NCBI GenBank assembly: GCA_963802945.1
Contig: CAWDKY010000030.1
Span: 128,001-192,000 of the forward strand
DNA length: 64,000 nucleotides
Reading direction: 5' to 3'
Source: an uncultured delta proteobacterium
GTDB taxonomy: Bacteria > Desulfobacterota > RBG-13-43-22
The translations under genes were made by a program, and so were the position numbers. Shown piece after piece: positions 62,019-64,000 of the stretch; within the stretch, counting starts at the first letter, position 1; each line of letters begins with the position of its first letter. The notes beneath the pieces are model-generated. The model was not told where the DNA came from and made no database searches. It was given only the letters and a program-made list of their open reading frames with translations.

Positions 62019-63383
62019 ATGAAGAGATTGCTTTACTTTTTATTGGCAGCAGTTTTGATCTTTTCGGTAATGGCGGTCACCAGTTCCTATGCCTTTGACC
62101 CTTTACCTTGGGCGGGCTGGGACTATAAAGGAGTTACAGTGTCCACCAATAACCCGGACCTGAAACATTATACATGGGAAACAACCAGGCCTCCTGGTGG
62201 ACCTTGGGATAATATACAGCTCCATCGATTTGTCTATCAGCCGGGTAACGATGTAGCCGATCCCACATTATCCAGTACTGACCCGACCATGGTTCTTTTT
62301 ATCATCCCCGGAACCTATGATCGCGGGTTCACCAAGCCCCCGGATGATATAAACTTCTCCGAGAACTGGTTTTTTGCCGCTAACGGTTATGATGTCTATT
62401 CCATAGAATTTCGTACTGCGTTCATGCCCAATCTGGATCAAAACCAGTTAGCATCTACGAAGTTTGGTTTAGGGGATGAGTTAAAAGCAACTGCTGGTTG
62501 GACCTATGCTGTCTTCCGGGAAGATATCAAGGCCTGCGTGGACCTGGCCAAAACGCTTTCCGGGGCAACTACGCTATTTATGGCCGGGAGGAGCAGAGGC
62601 GGCATGCAAATGTGGATGTACTCTGCCAAGTACGCCGCCGATCTGAAAGGGTTGATATCTTTAGATGGCGGCGTTCCTTATGTTTTAAAAAACCCGTCCC
62701 AGCAAATGAGCCTATCCGCCTTTAACACTGCTGTTGCCAGTTTACAAGCGAGCGGGCCTTATCTGGACGAAGTAGGCGGTTATGAATTGATTCAGTTTGC
62801 CGGGGCAGTCCCCTTTTCAAAGAATTCGGTGGGAGGACCTCTTCCGCCTGTAAGCACACTGACCTTTCCCCCTGATGCCCCTGCTGACAAAGCCCAAATG
62901 AAATGGGTGTCAGATTTAGTTGGCTACGCTTATTATTACAGCGGACTAGCTGGAACCATAACAGATTACTACACCCCGTATCCTGGAGGCTCGGGGGAAA
63001 CCTACATGGATCGTAATGTCTTGGTGGCGATTGCCTCAAATTTTACGCGTTATTGGCCGGCCATCCAGGACCTGGAAAGCACCGCCATGGCCAATTGGGG
63101 CCCGAACGGTACGATGCCCTACGGGTTTGATTACAATAAAACCGGTCAGGTCACGCTTCCCATCCTGGCCTTTGCCAGTGACCTTACCTGCAAATATATG
63201 AAGGCCTGCTGGGAGTTTGGCTCACCAGTACCTTCCGGGGCTACCGTCGTGCCGAGGACCAAGAGCACCGATGTTACGGACTTACGTTTAAAGCATTATG
63301 GCCACCTGGATGTGTACGGCGGCACCCATTCGCTTGAGGATGTAAAACAGCCAATGTTGAATTGGATGAACTTGAGAAAATAA
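62019..63383 (+). CDS. Secreted alpha/beta hydrolase
   Basis: Signal peptide MKRLL..SYA, nucleophile motif AGRSRGG, C-terminal YGHLDV; AGGAG RBS. Confidence 0.7.
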   Translation: MKRLLYFLLAAVLIFSVMAVTSSYAFDPLPWAGWDYKGVTVSTNNPDLKHYTWETTRPPGGPWDNIQLHRFVYQPGNDVADPTLSSTDPTMVLFIIPGTYDRGFTKPPDDINFSENWFFAANGYDVYSIEFRTAFMPNLDQNQLASTKFGLGDELKATAGWTYAVFREDIKACVDLAKTLSGATTLFMAGRSRGGMQMWMYSAKYAADLKGLISLDGGVPYVLKNPSQQMSLSAFNTAVASLQASGPYLDEVGGYELIQFAGAVPFSKNSVGGPLPPVSTLTFPPDAPADKAQMKWVSDLVGYAYYYSGLAGTITDYYTPYPGGSGETYMDRNVLVAIASNFTRYWPAIQDLESTAMANWGPNGTMPYGFDYNKTGQVTLPILAFASDLTCKYMKACWEFGSPVPSGATVVPRTKSTDVTDLRLKHYGHLDVYGGTHSLEDVKQPMLNWMNLRK

Positions 63384-63486
63384 CGACTGTAAACATGGGC
63401 TTTAGAGACGACAGAGCAGGAAAGTTACCCGGCCGTTTCCAGCTCATCCTATATAGGCTGCCCCTATTGATTACCATCTTAACCCC

Positions 63487-63530
63487 AACGAGAAAGGCGG
63501 GGCCGGAAACGGCCCTGCCTTTCTCGTTTT
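63487..63530 (+). terminator. Rho-independent terminator
   Basis: aacgagaaaggcggggcc-ggaaac-ggccctgcctttctcgtttt. Confidence 0.75.
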
Positions 63531-63535
63531 AAACC

Positions 63536-63635
63536 CTCATGCCCCTTAGGGGATCACGAAACATGAAAATTGTTAAGGATTCAATCCCGCCAGCGGCGGA
63601 ATTGAATCCTCGAATCCTGGAATCCTTGAACCCTA
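63536..63635. repeat. Stacked REP-like repeats
   Basis: ctcatgccccttaggggatcacgaaacatgaaaa, then aatcccgcc-agc-ggcggaatt and (aatcctNg)n. Confidence 0.6.
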
Positions 63636-64000
63636 TTTTTGTTCTAAATTTAATTCCTTCCTCAACAATACAAAAGGAACGGCAAGTTAGAGAAGGATTT
63701 TTTATTTTCGGCGAGATGCCCGCAAATAAATAAAAAAAAATTCCCCCCTGGGTAATTTCAGCAACTCTGTGGTCGATAGGATTTTTTGGCGAACAAGGGC
63801 GGACTGTTAGGAAACTTGATTTTATCAGGGAATGGTCAGGTGGTAACCGTTATAATCATGGCTCCTTTCCATGGATAAGCCGGAGAAAAGGCCTGCCCGA
63901 CAGCCTCCACACAGAAGAAAAGGCATCCTTAACCCGTCCAGACTATTAAGAACTAGGCGTAATAGTAATAATGGTGGATCCTTGGAGAGGAGTCCCTGAA

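Noticed and set aside
1-64000. Numerous antisense or overlapping ORFs in the track (e.g. 8065-8757, 15817-16509, 42936-43610, 44037-44705, 61150-61761)
   Set aside because: They are shadows of well-supported genes on the opposite strand and show no recognisable motifs.
63850-64000. Possible gene start or end at the window edge
   Set aside because: No continuous frame with a recognisable product.

Overview
Chromosomal window from an anaerobic deltaproteobacterium (Desulfobacterota-like, inferred from gene content). From start to end: partial ppiD; an hdrA-mvhD/flxD-flxC-flxB-flxA electron-bifurcation operon without hdrBC, in which HdrA reads through an in-frame UGA (probable selenocysteine); pyrR, lon, larC and osmC; a ~16 kb partly decayed cell-envelope block (degP and mscS remnants, M16 peptidase pair, ppiC, cpoB, L,D-transpeptidase, tolA-like, ClC, group II intron scar, MarR, Lpp/OprI-like lipoprotein, pal); gamma carbonic anhydrase; satP sitting between two halves of a dead OFA transporter; a NuoE/ferredoxin/NuoF-GltD module whose fdhA has been reduced to a ~35-codon scar; modABC; a streamlined Mo aldehyde oxidoreductase operon; fmdE, fdhD, greA, menG/ubiE, selB, hsp20-lon, tRNA/phosphoesterase-type genes and ispB. 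Many single-base frameshifts, including in housekeeping genes, suggest consensus errors. Intergenic DNA carries several dispersed repeat families. No rRNA, tRNA or CRISPR array was recognised. All calls come from motif recognition by eye; no searches were run.
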